From the NCBI GenBank assembly GCA_964252035.1, contig OZ176200.1: 64,000 nt of DNA; one strand, written 5' to 3'. A program made the translations under genes and the position numbers. Of this stretch, positions 1 to 13,480 are shown in pieces. A model generated the notes under the pieces. It saw nothing but the letters and a program-made list of their open reading frames with translations, was not told where the DNA came from and searched no databases. The number at the start of each line of letters is the position of its first letter. Within the stretch, counting starts at the first letter, position 1. The DNA is from Podarcis erhardii (taxonomy: Eukaryota).

Positions 1-958
1 AGTATCACTCTGCTGCTGTGGTGTTCCTCCTTCTGCCTGCCAAATGTGGGGCAGAAGTGCTGCCAGTGGAAAACAGGACTTTCCATGGGACAGAGCATGC
101 TGGAGACAGCCTGAGATCTTGCATTGACCCCTCTTTCATCATATGGTGGCTTGAGAGGGAGTTTGGATTGCCCCCGTAGTCATTAAAAATGTTGCTGGCA
201 AGTGTCTGCTTAAAGCAAAATTAATAAGCTTCCCAACGCCAGGATGGGGTGATAGGAAAGAACAAGCAACAGAGTGAGGATGGAAAAACAGCTCTTGTCA
301 TGACTGACAGGTCTAGCAGAGATAATGATTTTAGTGTTGTCCAATCCTGGTGCTTTGGGGAAGGGAACAGCTTTGCAGAACCAAAGCATATGGAATGGGA
401 ATGTGGGGAGTAAGAGGGATACCTCTCTTGTGTCTGCAGTTTTCAAACCAGTTGCCAACATACCACTAGGAGCAATTCTTTTTTCACCTACTCCAAAGCC
501 ATGCTAGCTGCTCTTTCAGGTCAACCACTGCAGCTGTCCTTTAAAAAAACCCTGGCATAATTCATGCCCTCAGAAGAGGTGACCTTGCAGGCAAATTTAA
601 TTCAATTTTGGACAAAATTAATAAGTTATATATGGTTCTTCAAAAAGAAAAAAATAATCATTTAGAGGGGCAACTGTACATGCAGATTTGACTATAGTCA
701 AAAGGGTGGGAGGGAGTCACAGACATTTTATATTTCCTAATAGTGAAGGGAGAGGAGAGAAAGCCAAACCAGGCAGCCTTCAAATTGGGATCTTGAGGGC
801 ATAAGTGGGCTGTTTTACAAAATCCCAAATAGGGGTCTGAACAGAATGTTGTGTTTAGTGCACACCAATACGAAGTTCAAAGGAGGCCATGCATTCCAAA
901 TATAACTTTCCCTTAGGATAAGACCACCAAATATTTTATTCATTTTCTTTTCTTGCAG

Positions 959-1019
959 ACTGCCATAACTGCGAAGAGGAACATTTTGATATGGAAATTA
1001 AAAGTAATCAGAGCAACAG
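959..1019 (+). CDS. TRIM66: TRIM66 internal coding exon (61 nt; (D)CHNCEEEHFDMEIKSNQSN(R))
   Basis: Polypyrimidine tract + cag acceptor at 956-958 and gtaaca donor at 1020. The phase-2 end joins the next exon in frame (ag+a = Arg). Resembles the short mammalian TRIM66 exon preceding the PxVxL exon (from memory). Confidence 0.8.
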
Positions 1020-1752
1020 GTAACACCCAATTTGAAAGTGTGGCATTAAGAAATTGAATCCTTTTTTCCCCCTCTTAGAAAGGAATATAAATCACATTTG
1101 TTGTAATAGCTCAGTTAAATTAAGTAATTCCAGATGTGAGAAGGATCTAGAACAAATTACGATAAAATGAGTTTTCACCACAATCCTCAATGCACTTCAA
1201 CAAATATATTAGTAATCTGTGAAATTAATGTGTCAATCTGTGAAGTAAGGTATCACTTTAAAAACAACATAATGACATTATTATTGTTGTCTGCGGAGCA
1301 ATTGGTGTAAAACGAACCCATTAATTTTCATCTCAATTCTGTGAGTTTTACTGGTGAGGAAACTTAGGTTGAAACAATCGTAGGTCTGACTTTCCAATGG
1401 TGAGGGAGCCTGTGGGGAATCTGTTGTGAATCACCCTGGGATCTTTGGATGAAGGATGGTATACAAATTTAAATAACAGCAACAACAACAACATAGGAAG
1501 ACCCTTGTACACAGAAATGTGCCTACAACTCCCATTCATATGTGAAAATTTGTTGATCCTGCATTATGAAGTATGAAAGCCCATTCTTGAAATTTCAGGT
1601 GTATTAATAACATCATATTAGAACATTTTGATTAGCCATCTAAAAATACAAGGGAACCTGTGAAAACATATGGTATATTAACAGAGGTGGAATGGAGGGA
1701 TGATTCTTACTAGCACTGATGACGTCAATCCACTCTTTAACCTTGTTCTTAG

Positions 1753-1927
1753 AGCTTGTGCCAAAGAGGTAAAAGTCCCTTATGTGCGACTGGAACGACT
1801 GAAGATATGCAACTCAGAGTCTGGAGAACTTCCAGTATTTAAACTGCAACCACAGAAGAGTGAACATGATGGAACTTTCTTGCTGATAATTGAATGTGGT
1901 ACTCAGTCTTCAAGCATGGCTATTAAG
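1753..1927 (+). CDS. TRIM66: TRIM66 coding exon with HP1-binding PxVxL motif (PYVRL, 1778-1792)
   Basis: ACAKEVKVPYVRLERLKICNSESGELPVFKLQPQKSEHDGTFLLIIECGTQSSSMAIK matches TRIM66. ag acceptor 1751-1752, gtaagc donor 1928. Confidence 0.95.
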
Positions 1928-3619
1928 GTAAGCTCAGCTCAATTCAGCTGGTTTGGTTGCTGTTTGGCATTGCTTCTATTTTACCCTGACACATTCAAAT
2001 TCACTGATGCCTTTGACCAGCAGATTTGAATATACTTAGGGCCAGACTACGAGTGACAAGTAAGATCTGTGATCATATCTCTTGATGCCTTCATGTTTAC
2101 TTATGAGCAGCTGCAGAGGCCCCTGAACTAGTTCAGAACTTCAGCACTGGGGACAGGGGTAAGCTTTTCCCCATGCCATTTCCCTGACCTAAATCCCCCA
2201 TCTCAAGCTGCTGTTAGGGGAAAATATACAGAAACAAAAACACTGTATGTAGGTCAAAAGCTGGAAGCATCTTCCTTCCAGAAAGAAATAGACTGTACTG
2301 GCAGTGGCAAGTAGTGTGGGATGCTGCAGAGAAAAGAATAGGTGGTTCCCTGCACTATTCTTAACGAAAGCTGAAAGTACTAAGAGCGCTTGTGTGAATG
2401 GGAGACAATGGACTTCAAGTCTATTCCTGCCCTCGATGTTTATCAGAACAGCAGTACACAACAAGTGAAACCTTTCTTTGATAATTGCTGGGTTGTATTC
2501 AATGGAGCACTAAGGTGAACGTTCCATCCGTGCCAGAATTTCTCTGTGCACAACAGAACATTCTCCTTTTCTCCCCCCACAGTCCCCCTAAATCTGTTCT
2601 GTTTTATTCCCCAACTCTCTAGAGTAGATTTGAGGAAGGCAAAGGGAGTGTGCAAGGGGACAAGAGGAGGGGGGGATCCCCTTGAGCTAGTGCTAAACAT
2701 TGCACTAGTAGAAAAAATCCATTGAGTACCGCCCAGGGTTGGCATCAGGTGACTTTGACTTTCTATAGGACCTGCTGACACTTTTATCTTACACCCACTT
2801 CCAAGTGTTTTCTCTGGGGTGATCTCTGCATAGGAGTTCTCCCTGTAATGAAAAAAATAAACAGCATTTTTAAAAAATTTAAGTTTATCTGTTTTGCTCT
2901 GTTTAAGTAATAAAAAACTCTGAAACTGATGCAAAGCATTTCTGTTTAAGTGTAAGCAGAATCATCCTCTACTAAAACATTTCACATACAATATGCATAG
3001 AAAAACTGTTGTGCTACTCAAAGGGTGCTAAATATCTCATTAACAGTGGTATAAACTGATCATTGGGGAAAGATGTACTTAAGTTTTACAGTGTGTTACC
3101 TAATCCATGGAATATTGTGAATTGTAGTTTCATGAACATCTGTTAAGAAACATCTAAACCTGTCTAGTTGATATAGTTCCTGGCATTTGTTTGGGTGGAT
3201 TGGGTTCAGGGAGAGCCAGGAAAACTCAGCTGGTTTTTGCAGGTAGTGTAGACAAGCATTTGTTCACACAGTATAGCTTCAAACACTTTTGGATGCAAGG
3301 TGATGAGTGTAAAAATTCGGGTCTTTAGGCTGAAGACTGAATCCTCAGCACCAACCTTGTGCGGACTACATTTCCTTCTGCTGGATTCAGTGGACCTTGT
3401 CTTTAACCGTAGGGGGACTTCATGCACATTTAGGTGCCAAGCGAAAACGTTCCTCTACAACCAGGCCTTGGGCTAATTAACATCCAATACCCTTTTAAAT
3501 GTGTTATGGGAGGGGGATTATTGTTTTGGTTTTGTTCTTATTTTTATTAAGTATTTTGTAATTTTAACATTGTAATTTTATGTTGTGTACTGCCCTGAGA
3601 TCTGCAGATGAAGGGTGGT

Positions 3620-3670
<51 letters not shown>
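3620..3670. repeat. (AAC)n microsatellite, about 17 units
   Basis: Perfect repeat at the end of a LINE-like tail. Confidence 0.95.
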
Positions 3671-4636
3671 GATTAACAGATACATTACATTTCTCAGGAA
3701 TATTGTTTGGGATTGTGGCTATCAACCAATTTAAGCCTTTTGAAACTGCTTAATCATCTGGATTTGTACAGTACTGATTGGTTGATTAAATGTCAATACA
3801 TTTGCATATTGCCAGGACTTCAATATAGGAGCCAAAATATTGAAGAAGGGGCTAGTTTTTTTGTGAGTAAGAGAACATACAGTGTAATAAACAGAAGCTT
3901 CCACTGACCATGGAAATTGGAACCAGAGGGAAAATCCTATTCAAACAAAATGCCAGAGTTGAAACCACTTTAAAAATGTGCAGATTACATTCCATTGGTA
4001 TTGAGAAAGATTTAGATTGAAAAGACATTAGCAATATTGATTTCAACTGAGCACAATCTGTCTATTGTCTGCTATTCACAGTGCTAGAAGAAACGTTGTG
4101 GTGTTTTCAAGGTGAAAGGCATTTTTTAAAATTTACTTATATAATTTATATCCCACCACTTATCAAAAGTTATCTAAACGTCTTCTAGGTTTGTCTTCAA
4201 ACTGGAATGAGGGTACATTTTAACATTTCTTTTCCAATATATCTGGCACGGGAAGAAGGGGCTCTGCTATTCTGAAGGTCATGCTGCCATTCAAGCTACA
4301 AAATCTCAGTTTCACTAATTAGTTGGTTAATCTATTGATTAAACCAATTAAAGCTTCGGGCATAATTTTTAATGAATGTAACTGGGGACAATGCAAATAT
4401 ACTTGACATCTTGGTTAGAGCTCCCCACCCCCAAACCATATCATTTGAGGGAATTACTGCACTTAATGTGCTATGCGTTACAGAGAAACTGTGACATAGG
4501 AATCCTCAATTGTGAATGCAGTAAAGGCTGCTTTCCTTGAGGCGTTTATTCACTGCATTTAATCTTCTGTACTATTTCAAATGTTGCATGTGAAAATTGT
4601 AGGCTGCTTTAATTTAGATTTTACTTTTCATCCTAG

Positions 4637-4920
4637 GTCAATCAAGGAAATCCACTTGAAAGACATAATCTCAAGCCTGAGAACACGGAGGAAAGGAGAA
4701 TCCCCACAAGTCAACTGACAGAGCCAGTGTTGCATCCTTCTGTAGATCACAGGCTCAGTAATAGTATGAAAAAATCTGTGCTTACCCAGGAAGACCACCC
4801 GATTGAGAATGAGGACTTCTGTGCTGTTTGTTTGAATGGAGGAGAGCTATTGTGCTGTGATTACTGCCCAAAGGTGTTCCATCTTTCATGCCATGTTCCT
4901 GCCTTGCTCAGCTTTCCTGT
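4637..4920 (+). CDS. TRIM66: TRIM66 coding exon, start of PHD finger
   Basis: Ends ...[40 protein letters not shown](V), a TIF1-family PHD. tag acceptor 4634-4636, gtgagt donor 4921. Confidence 0.97.
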
Positions 4921-5063
4921 GTGAGTACATATAGCACATGAAATATCTGCTCCATTTGGTATATGTTTCAAGGTCCACTTCTTCGAATCTAATCCACTTT
5001 GTGCCACACACTCAGGTTTCATATATGGCTTTCAGTGGTTCTTTTCAGGTTGGATGCTTACTA

Positions 5064-5299
5064 CAGTGGTACCTCAAATTACAAACGCCTCAGGTTACAA
5101 ATGCTTCAGGTTACAAACTCTGCTATCCTAGAAGAGTTATCTTGAGTTTAGAACTTTGCCCCAGGATGAGAACGGAAATCGTGTGCCGGCGGCGCAGTGG
5201 CAGCAAGAGGCCCCATTAGCGAAAGCATGCCTCTAGTTAAGAATAGCTTCAGGTTAAGAACGGACCTCCGGAATGAATTAAGTTCGTAACTAGAGGCTG
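5064..5299. mobile_element. Tc1/mariner (Tigger-like) MITE, family A
   Basis: TA-flanked; left TIR cagtggtacctc, right TIR partly deleted (gaggctg). Same family as 30643-30869, in opposite orientation. Confidence 0.8.
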
Positions 5300-6051
5300 T
5301 ATTTGAAAAGTTTCCTGCTGCCAGTTAGTGCTCACAGGATGATCAACAGGATATCTTGGGACTTGGGTGCAGACATTTGGTGGCTACTGGTATGTAAGTG
5401 ACATTAGGCAGCCAGGAGGTGCATCTTCCATCTCAGAGAGGCCTATGTTCAGCGATCTTCAAATGGCGAAGATGGCAAGAACAAGAAACGGCTCAAGGTC
5501 TCTCTAATCTTACAAAGTTGATAACCTGGCAATGCTTTGCTAAAACATAAAGACTCCTCAGTCTTTGAGCTTGGAGAGGAAGGGCAGGATATAAACACCA
5601 GTTTTAAAGGAACTGCACTGTCAGCTAATACATTTCCAGCCCAAATTCAAGGTGTTTAGTGATGACATTTAAAGCCCTAAATGCCTTGTGACTTGGATGT
5701 TTGAGGGTGAGCCTTTCCCTATATTTAACTAGGCATAAAGATCTGCTGGAGAGGTTTTTTCCTATGTGTTCCCCCTGTGGGAGATGTATTCTATGTGGAG
5801 GTGAAAGAGAGGGCCTTCTCCACTATAGTTTCCTGGTTGTGTCATGCCTTCCCCTTAGGAGCTGTGTTGGCACCATCATTAGCTTTGTTTGGTGCCAAGT
5901 CAAGTCCTGTCTATAAACTCAACCATTTGGCGAAATGAGCTACTGTTTTATTTGAGCTGTTTATGTTGCTTTTTCTGCTGATTATTGGATTTTGTGGGGT
6001 GTATTAATTTTTAGAAGGTGTTTATGTCGTATTGTTATTTTATCGACTGTA

Positions 6052-6373
6052 AAGTAAAGGTAAAGGTACCCCTGCCCGTACAGGCCAGTCATGTCCGACT
6101 CTAGGGTTGTGCGCCCATCTCACTTAAGAGGCCGGGTCCGGAGACACTTCCGGGTCACGTGGCCAGCATGACAAAGCTGCATCTGGAGAGCCAGTGCAGC
6201 ACACGGAAACGCCGTTTACCTTCCCGCCAGTAAGCGGTCCCTATTTATGTACTTGCACCCGGGGGTGCTTTTGAACTGCTAGGTTGGCAGGCGCTGGGAC
6301 CAAGCAACGGGAGCGCACCCCGCCGCGGGGATTCGAACCGCTGACCTTTTACCCACAGCGCCACCCGCGTCCC
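6052..6373 (-). mobile_element. Sauria SINE, near full length
   Basis: (ACCTTT)n tail, 5' gggacgcgggtggcgctgtgg and B-box-like ggttcgaatcc on the - strand. 14-bp TSD ttttatc[g/a]actgta at 6038-6051 and 6374-6387. Confidence 0.92.
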
Positions 6374-7148
6374 TTTTATCAACTGTAGTACACCCTGAAA
6401 TAATCTGATATAGCATGGATGGGGGGCGGGTTTGCAATCGTCATACCAGGTCAGAACACTGTTCCATCTAGCTCAGCACGATCTATACTAACAGTAACTC
6501 TTTAGGTTTTCAATCAGGACTATTTCCCAGGATTGAACCTGCGTGCAAAGAATTTTTTTTTACCACAGAGCTACAATTCTTCCCATGCTATATGCTACAT
6601 GCATAGGGACACACATAATATCCATATATTGGCATCTTTTTGCTTTACAGTAATTTGTTTTGGGGGATTTTGAAGAAACCAGAGAACTTGATTCATGTTA
6701 GGTATGGAACGCATAAGAAACTAACACAGTGGGAAGTCATGCGTTGTAATTCTTGTCTGTGATGAAAACCATGTCAAATATTGAAGATAGCAAGGTAGAG
6801 GAGCAGTAGAAGTGACTTCCTGTGTTTCTTCATGTCTCTCTCTCTCTCTCCCCCCCCCATTACTGCAGTCTAGTTGTTGTTAAAAAGAACTTCATCACAG
6901 CTTCTTTTCTCAACTCCTGCTGTTTGCTTGTTGCATCCATGCCTGTACTCAATTAAACACATTGATTGTTAAAGAAAATACACAGTCCATAAAAATGGGC
7001 TTCTTCTGCTTGAGGTGACCAGGAAAGGAGAATTGTTCTCCAACAAGGTGTTAAGGCTTCCTCTTAGGCATCTGACATTGGCATATTAATTCAAGGACCA
7101 GTGATCTACAGCAACAATCTGATGTTGTATTTTCCTTCTGTGCTCCAG

Positions 7149-7287
7149 GGGCGAATGGGTGTGCACGCTTTGTCGCAATGTGGAGAAGCCAGAGGTTGCG
7201 TATGACTGTGAAAACACACGTTTTAGCTACAGTAACACGCTAATGCCAGCAAGAGTACTTTATGGCCTTGACGACTATGATCAGAAG
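7149..7287 (+). CDS. TRIM66: TRIM66 coding exon, end of PHD finger and linker
   Basis: (V)GEWVCTLCRNVEKPEVAYDCENTRFSYSNTLMPARVLYGLDDYDQK. cag acceptor, gtaagt donor 7288; phase matches the previous exon. Confidence 0.95.
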
Positions 7288-7853
7288 GTAAGTCCAGTAT
7301 CAAAAGAAGCATATAAACATGTTTGAGTAATGTTTGAGCCCTCCTTTTCCAGACATGTACATTGTCTCTACAATATGTGCAAATGCCCCAAGGAAAACTA
7401 CACAGAATAAAAATGTGAAGTAAAATACAGTAGACTCCATCTACACTGAACATAAGTCAGGACCAAATTACACATCCCAGTTTTGGGGGCAGGGAGGGTG
7501 GAGAGGATAGAGGGGGAAGCATATAGTTTATATCAAAAATTTGAGGTTTTCTACAATTCAGCGGTATACAAAATTTATTTAAGAGATTTTTTAAAATTAA
7601 TATAATTGCTATAATGTTGGACTATAGCAATGCAAATGAAACAGAAACTTGTGCTTTTTGTAATGGTAATATATGCTTAGTGAAAATTAGCCAAGGGTTT
7701 CTCCAACTTTTGCAAGTAGAGAAACCTGATTTAGAATTGGGTGTGAGTGGAATACTGAGAAATAAAGTATCTGGCCAAAATATCAACTATTAATGCAGGT
7801 ATTCATATAGTTCTTTTATAACCAAAGTTAATTTTAAAACTTACATTTTACAG

Positions 7854-7928
7854 AAGTGTGAGAAACTTATACTTTCACTGCTCTGCAACAACCTGAGTCT
7901 TCCATTCCATGAACCAGTCAGTCCTCTG
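7854..7928 (+). CDS. TRIM66: TRIM66 coding exon, bromodomain start
   Basis: KCEKLILSLLCNNLSLPFHEPVSPL. cag acceptor, gtaagt donor 7929. Confidence 0.95.
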
Positions 7929-9523
7929 GTAAGTGTTACCAGAATTTAATTTCACATCTTTTTCCTATGCTTTTCAGTATGAAGGAAGCTTTGCTTGGTT
8001 AAAAAAATGATCTTAGGAACCCTCCAGATGACCTGTTTATTGAGCATTCTTCCTGATTTGCTTTTGGGGTATTTACGGTATATAGTTATTCATTCATCTC
8101 ACACTTGTCAATGCATTTCCCCATCACTTTCCTAACTGCAAAAGTCCAATTCTTCTTCTTCTTCTAAAGTAGATGTGTTGCACTAGGGTGACAGAGCTCT
8201 TTAATCAATTTTAACTGTGCAGACATTAAGTTACAGTATGTGCTTGAATCTCTTGCTAAACAGTGACAGTCTGGAGGCACCCTCAGCTCAGATGGTGGGC
8301 TACAGCTACTTTCTACTTCACAGTATTCTTTCTCAGAAGTGTTCCACTTCTCTAGTTTTGTCACTATAATCATAAGTAGAGTGCTATTATATCTCTCTGT
8401 CTCTTCCCACCCATTCTGCCACTGCCCACCCCAAGCAGGAAAAGCTGAGCTCCTTTAATCTTATCTCATCAGAAGCCTGATGTTTGTCAGCTAAGGAAAA
8501 CTGTACTTGGCTTGACTCACCGCATCATCTCACCAAATGGTGGGATGAGAAAACCCCTCACCAAAGTGTCCTGAGCAAGCTTTTCAGTCATGGGATAAAA
8601 TGAGGGGCCAGTAACTAGTTAGAGACCAGGAAGCAGAGAGCAGAAACAAATTGACAATTGTCACAGTGGAAGGAGGTCCCTGGAGGATCTGTATTGAGAC
8701 CAGTGCTTTTAAATTTACTCATAAATAATCTAGTTAGTAGTGAGTGATGAGGTGGCCAAGTTTCTGGAGAACACAAAATTATTTAGAAGCACACAAAAAA
8801 AACAACAGTGAAGAGTTCTAAAAAAAATTTATCCAAACCAGAACTGGCATCAAAATGGAAAATACATTTCATTGTAAGTAAGTGTATTTTTTGCCCACTG
8901 TGCATCATTGTACATGTGTGTGTGTGTGTATGCGCGCTAATAGTGTCTGAGCTAACAACGCTTGAGCAGGAAGGGAATCATAAGGATGTGTTGAAAATGT
9001 TGACCCAGTAAATGCTGTGAAAAAGCCATATTCCATGCTGGAAAGGAATCTAACATAAAACAATTCACAATTATTTACTACACGTTAAAAAGAAAATTCA
9101 TGAACACATTAAATACATCTACTTAGCAACAACCATCAGGGACTGCTGAGTCAGAGAGCTGTCTCAGTAATTCAACCGCCACTTCTCCAGAAAAAAAAAT
9201 CGGTTGGATTTTAGATGAAGACATTTCCCCTGCCTAAACAGTCTCTGATGGTTGTGGGTAAGCAGATGTGTTTACTGTGTTTGTGAATTTTCTTATTTAA
9301 TGTACAGTAAATTGTTGTGCACTTTATTGTTATTGTTATGGTTATGTTAAAGCTATTTTGCATAATTATGTATAGCATTGTGTTGTGATGTTAGGGATTT
9401 ATAAATAAACATGTATAAAAAACAAAACTGTGAATCTAAAACATATTCAAGGTAGAAAAAACACTTGCCTACTTCACAGGAATGCTTTTAGCTGTAAAGA
9501 ATGATTGTGATATTTATTTACAG

Positions 9524-9676
9524 GCTCGACATTATTATCAGATCATCAAAAGGCCCATGGACTTGTCCACCATCCGGAAAAAGCTCCAGAAAAAGAACAA
9601 GCTGCATTACTCCACCGCTGATGAGCTGGTAGCAGATGTGCGCCTTATGTTCTGGAATTGTGCAACATTCAACTAT
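9524..9676 (+). CDS. TRIM66: TRIM66 coding exon, bromodomain core
   Basis: ARHYYQIIKRPMDLSTIRKKLQKKNKLHYSTADELVADVRLMFWNCATFNY, with the conserved acetyl-lysine-binding Asn. cag acceptor, gtaagt donor. Confidence 0.97.
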
Positions 9677-10617
9677 GTAAGTTCTTGCAATTCAGAATTC
9701 ACTGCATCACCTGGGCAAATAATGTGGGCAGTGACTATTCCTCTCCATCTCAACATAGTGTGAAAAAATAGCAACCTAGAGAAAAGATAGCAAGTAGCTA
9801 CTAATCAAAGGCAATTTCTCAGTATTCTGGACAAAAGATGCAAATACTACAAATACTGGCAGTAATTCTGGAGTGAGAGACCACAATAGGTGGTGCTGGA
9901 GAATCTATTATTCTCTATTATGTTACATTCTCATTATCTTCATTTACAGGATCCTCTGCTTTGAAGGTTTTTCTTTTTTTAAAAAAATAGCAAGTTATTT
10001 AAAAGGAATGGACAGGAACCTGATTTATCCTCCCTGCCCATGATTATTGTCACTCATTGACTAAATTGGCTGATCCTTGCCTTTGTGTTGCCTTTGGCTG
10101 TTGCACCTGAACAATGGCGATAACATACCAGGAAAACCTGCCTTCTGTGCTGGGGCTTTGGAATATTATTTGGCTTGTCCTTAGATATTTGCTATCTACA
10201 AAACTAATTCTGTAGGGTTCAGCACCTTGATCTTTTAGAAAAATTTACTCACCATTAATAGGTAATCTAAAAAAACCTGATTTTCCTCTCAATGTCTGGT
10301 TTCCGTTTATTTCCTAATACCACTAAGAAGCCAGCCTTCCCATGCTCACCCTTGGTTTATTTAACATTTTGGAAAGATTCTTATTTAATGTATAGTATTA
10401 TTTATTTTCATATACCATTGCCTTGACCTTTCTTCTCACTCTGTGCCGGATAATTCTCCTGGGTGGTTGTTTTCTATTTAACTGTAAATTGTATCAATTC
10501 TTTAAATGATGAGTATAATAATAAATCAAGAGTTTCATAGACCTAGCAACAGAGAGAGCATGTCTTACTAAGTGAACCACATGCTGTCGTAACTAATTAT
10601 GATGCCTTCTCTTGCAG

Positions 10618-10830
10618 CCTGATTCAGAGGTAGCCGAGGCTGGACGATGCCTGGAAATATTCTTTGAAAGCAAGTTAAAAGACATTTACCCAGAAAAGCA
10701 GTTCTGCGCGGTGCAGCAAGATGACTCTGATTCAGAGGAACATGAAAATAGCCAAGTGGCTCCCAAGGGATTCCAGTGGCCCTCATACAGACAAGAGTGT
10801 ATCCAGCCCAAAAGAAGGCGACGGCACGCT
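10618..10830 (+). CDS. TRIM66: TRIM66 penultimate coding exon (bromodomain end, acidic stretch, PKRRRRH basic motif)
   Basis: PDSEVAEAGRCLEIFFESKLKDIYPEK...QPKRRRRHA. cag acceptor, gtaaga donor 10831. Confidence 0.95.
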
Positions 10831-11118
10831 GTAAGAATACAAAAGCAATACAGAACATAACAAAACTTGATTGTTTAGTGGCCCCAAAGCTAATTCTTTC
10901 CACAGCTTTTAATATAAAGCTTTGACAATATGCTTAGGGATGTATTAATAAACTTCAGTCAGACCAGGGCGATTCTTTCTTCATGTTCAGTTGTGTAAAC
11001 AGTGCTTGAAGGTCTTGCAAGCTACCTAATTATTTTGCCAAGTAAAATGGAGTGTGAAACAATATTTGAAAAGACTAGCTTCTCTAACAATTTGCCCATT
11101 TATTTCCTTTGTACACAG

Positions 11119-11178
11119 GAAAGTGAAAAGACTAAAAGACCAATGTTTTGGCCAGCTAAAGGTCTTTCTCAGGTGTGA
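11119..11178 (+). CDS. TRIM66: TRIM66 terminal coding exon (ESEKTKRPMFWPAKGLSQV*)
   Basis: cag acceptor 11116-11118. The 19 aa ending SQV + TGA resemble the mammalian TRIM66 C-terminus (ending ...SQV, from memory). Confidence 0.85.
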   Translation, partial: ESEKTKRPMFWPAKGLSQV

Positions 11179-11425
11179 CGTGTGGAGTGCCGCAAAGAAC
11201 AAAACATCAATCAAAATAAGATGTGCGTAAGAGGGGAGTCAGAAAATGTCTCTTAAGATATTTCACCTGAACTTCATAGCAGTGGTCAATCAATTTCATT
11301 TTTAGATCCTATGGGGAGATTACATTTTCAGTGTAATGTAATTTTAATAGGTAGTAAGACAGCTATATGCTGTCTTAACAATTTGTGTTTACACTACTGT
11401 TTTGTCATATGCAATAGTTATTAAT

Positions 11426-11431
11426 AATAAA
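11426..11431 (+). terminator. Candidate proximal poly(A) signal (AATAAA) for TRIM66
   Basis: First clear AATAAA about 250 nt after the stop codon. Further AATAAA hexamers lie downstream, so a longer 3' UTR is possible. Confidence 0.4.
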
Positions 11432-12284
11432 AATAGGACATTTGATATGCTGTTCTTAAAATTATTTCATAAATTCTCATCGCTTAATAGATTGTAGCTG
11501 GACACAGCCATCTGGCAACATCACCAGTAATTCCACACATATTTATAGTGTCCATTTCAATTTTACCATATGTGGCAGTGTCTAAGCCTATTGTCTCCTC
11601 TAGTGAAAAAAATGAATCCAAAATTCATCTGGTATGAGTATGCACTGTTCCCAATGCAATTTATAGCCATTGTTATGTTGTCTTGCTAACAAAATGTGGC
11701 AACCAAAGACCAAATCTCTGGACATCAGTTGAAGCAATGCTTCCCATGGAGTTAAGCAGAGAGTTCTTGGTTCTGTGTTTACTAGAAGACCAGAAAGTGA
11801 TGTGGAAAGAAATAACACGAGAACTGCATTCAGGAATTCTACTCTTTAATTCTAGAAAAGGAAAGGAGCTCCCCCCATTGTTTTCAATTCTCTAGGGTGA
11901 TTGTGCACCAGAAGTGGATTGGTGCAACCAACATGGGGAGCAGAGGGTGGGTGGAGTGAAGTTTGACTGTCCATTTAATACCAGCAGCTCACATTATACC
12001 TGTGTTCTCTTTATGCTAATCCCTTGTCTATGTGTACTGCAAACAGATACAGGGTAATTATGAAGCCAGTCAATTGCTGAAATGAGCCTGACTACATAGG
12101 AGTGAGACCGATAAAGGCTATTTCTGAGATGCATCAGTTTTTCAGAGCCTTTTTTCACCTTCCCACTTGAGCAGTAAAATTTAAAATGCGAAGGAATCCC
12201 TTGCAGACAAATCATAGCCGAAGCTGAGATACAGTTGTTTCACTCAGTATAATGCCTCAAGCTCTCAACCCTCATGTCTTCTTT

Positions 12285-12427
12285 GAATCATAAGAGTTGG
12301 AAGGGACCATGAGGCTCATCTAGTCCAAGCCCCTGCGATGCAGGAATCCTGCCCACAGCTGTCGCTGGGTGGGTTCGAACCACCAACCTTCTGGTTAACA
12401 GCAAGATGCACTGACCCACTGTGCCAC
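12285..12427 (-). mobile_element. tRNA-derived SINE with CR1-like 3' end
   Basis: A/B boxes (gtggcacagtggg...ggttcgaaccc) on the - strand, followed by ggactagatgagcctcatggtcccttccaactcttatgattc. Confidence 0.8.
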
Positions 12428-13480
12428 ACACAACACTCTGTGAAGCCTCATCCATAATACATCCCCTGCAGTCTCTCTTTAGCCTCATTCCCAATCCCAA
12501 TTGCTATACTGCTAGTTGGGATCAGGTGTGATTGCAGGTGGGGTGGGGTGGTCTTCTTAGATGTCCTGGTTTTCCTCTGACTCTTTAAAAGGAGAGTCAT
12601 TTTAACTCCCCCAAAGAGTAGTGAGTTTCCAGTTATACTAGATTTGCTGTAAATGAAGAGAGTTTTTCAGTCTATATGAATTTCTTGAATATGGTATCCA
12701 TGGTTGTTATAATAGAGAACACGTTAAGCGAGAGTTTATAGAATTACTAGCCGCACCTGAATATTTTTTTCTGTTTTCAATGTTAATATGGCTCAAAATA
12801 AATGCTGTAGAAAAAAGTTGTCTCTTTTCTTATTGTATAATAAAACAATCATTGAAAAAAAAAATAAAGGAAACATTGAAAAAAGAATTTAAACCGTTGA
12901 GTCTAAATTATTTCCTTGCCTGTGTCCCTTGGCTATCATTCGTATCTAACTCATTCAAAGAATGAAAAAGTACTCCTTTAAAAAAAACACCCAGTACAAA
13001 TACTAATTTAAATCATGCATACACAGAACAGATTTATTAAAAAATATAATGAATACCACCACCACCAGTTTTACAAATAGTAGTAATATAATTCATTTAA
13101 AATATGTTTGGTGTTTGGCAGCATGTCTTTATTAGTTTTTCACATTTGTTAAAATGTTAATATTTGGGTAATCCCCTTTTATCCTCAAGGAATCATATGA
13201 AGTAGATTGGTTTAAAATAGAGTAACTGGTTCACATCATCCACTAAAGCTTCATTGCTGAATTTGGACCTCAGTTCCCTGTTCCATGCCCAACACTTTTA
13301 TCTGTTGTACCACAGTTTTGAACAGATGTGAATAAAATTAGTGTAGAACATTCACAAAAAATGCTTCTTATCCATGCTGTCTAAATAATGTTGCAGGGTG
13401 GAAATGCCTATCAGCTGTAAGAGATAGTAATTAGTTGCAGAGGAGGAGAGCACTGAGTGTATTTAAGACTCAGGCGTTAT

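Noticed and set aside
1-958. ORFs 210-461 (-) and 325-507 (+) as TRIM66 exons
   Set aside because: No TRIM66-like sequence and no convincing splice-site pair; treated as intron.
12285-12427. tRNA-like sequences here and at 18279 and 43559 as tRNA genes
   Set aside because: Degenerate heads fused to LINE-derived tails, with no intact cloverleaf; these are SINEs.
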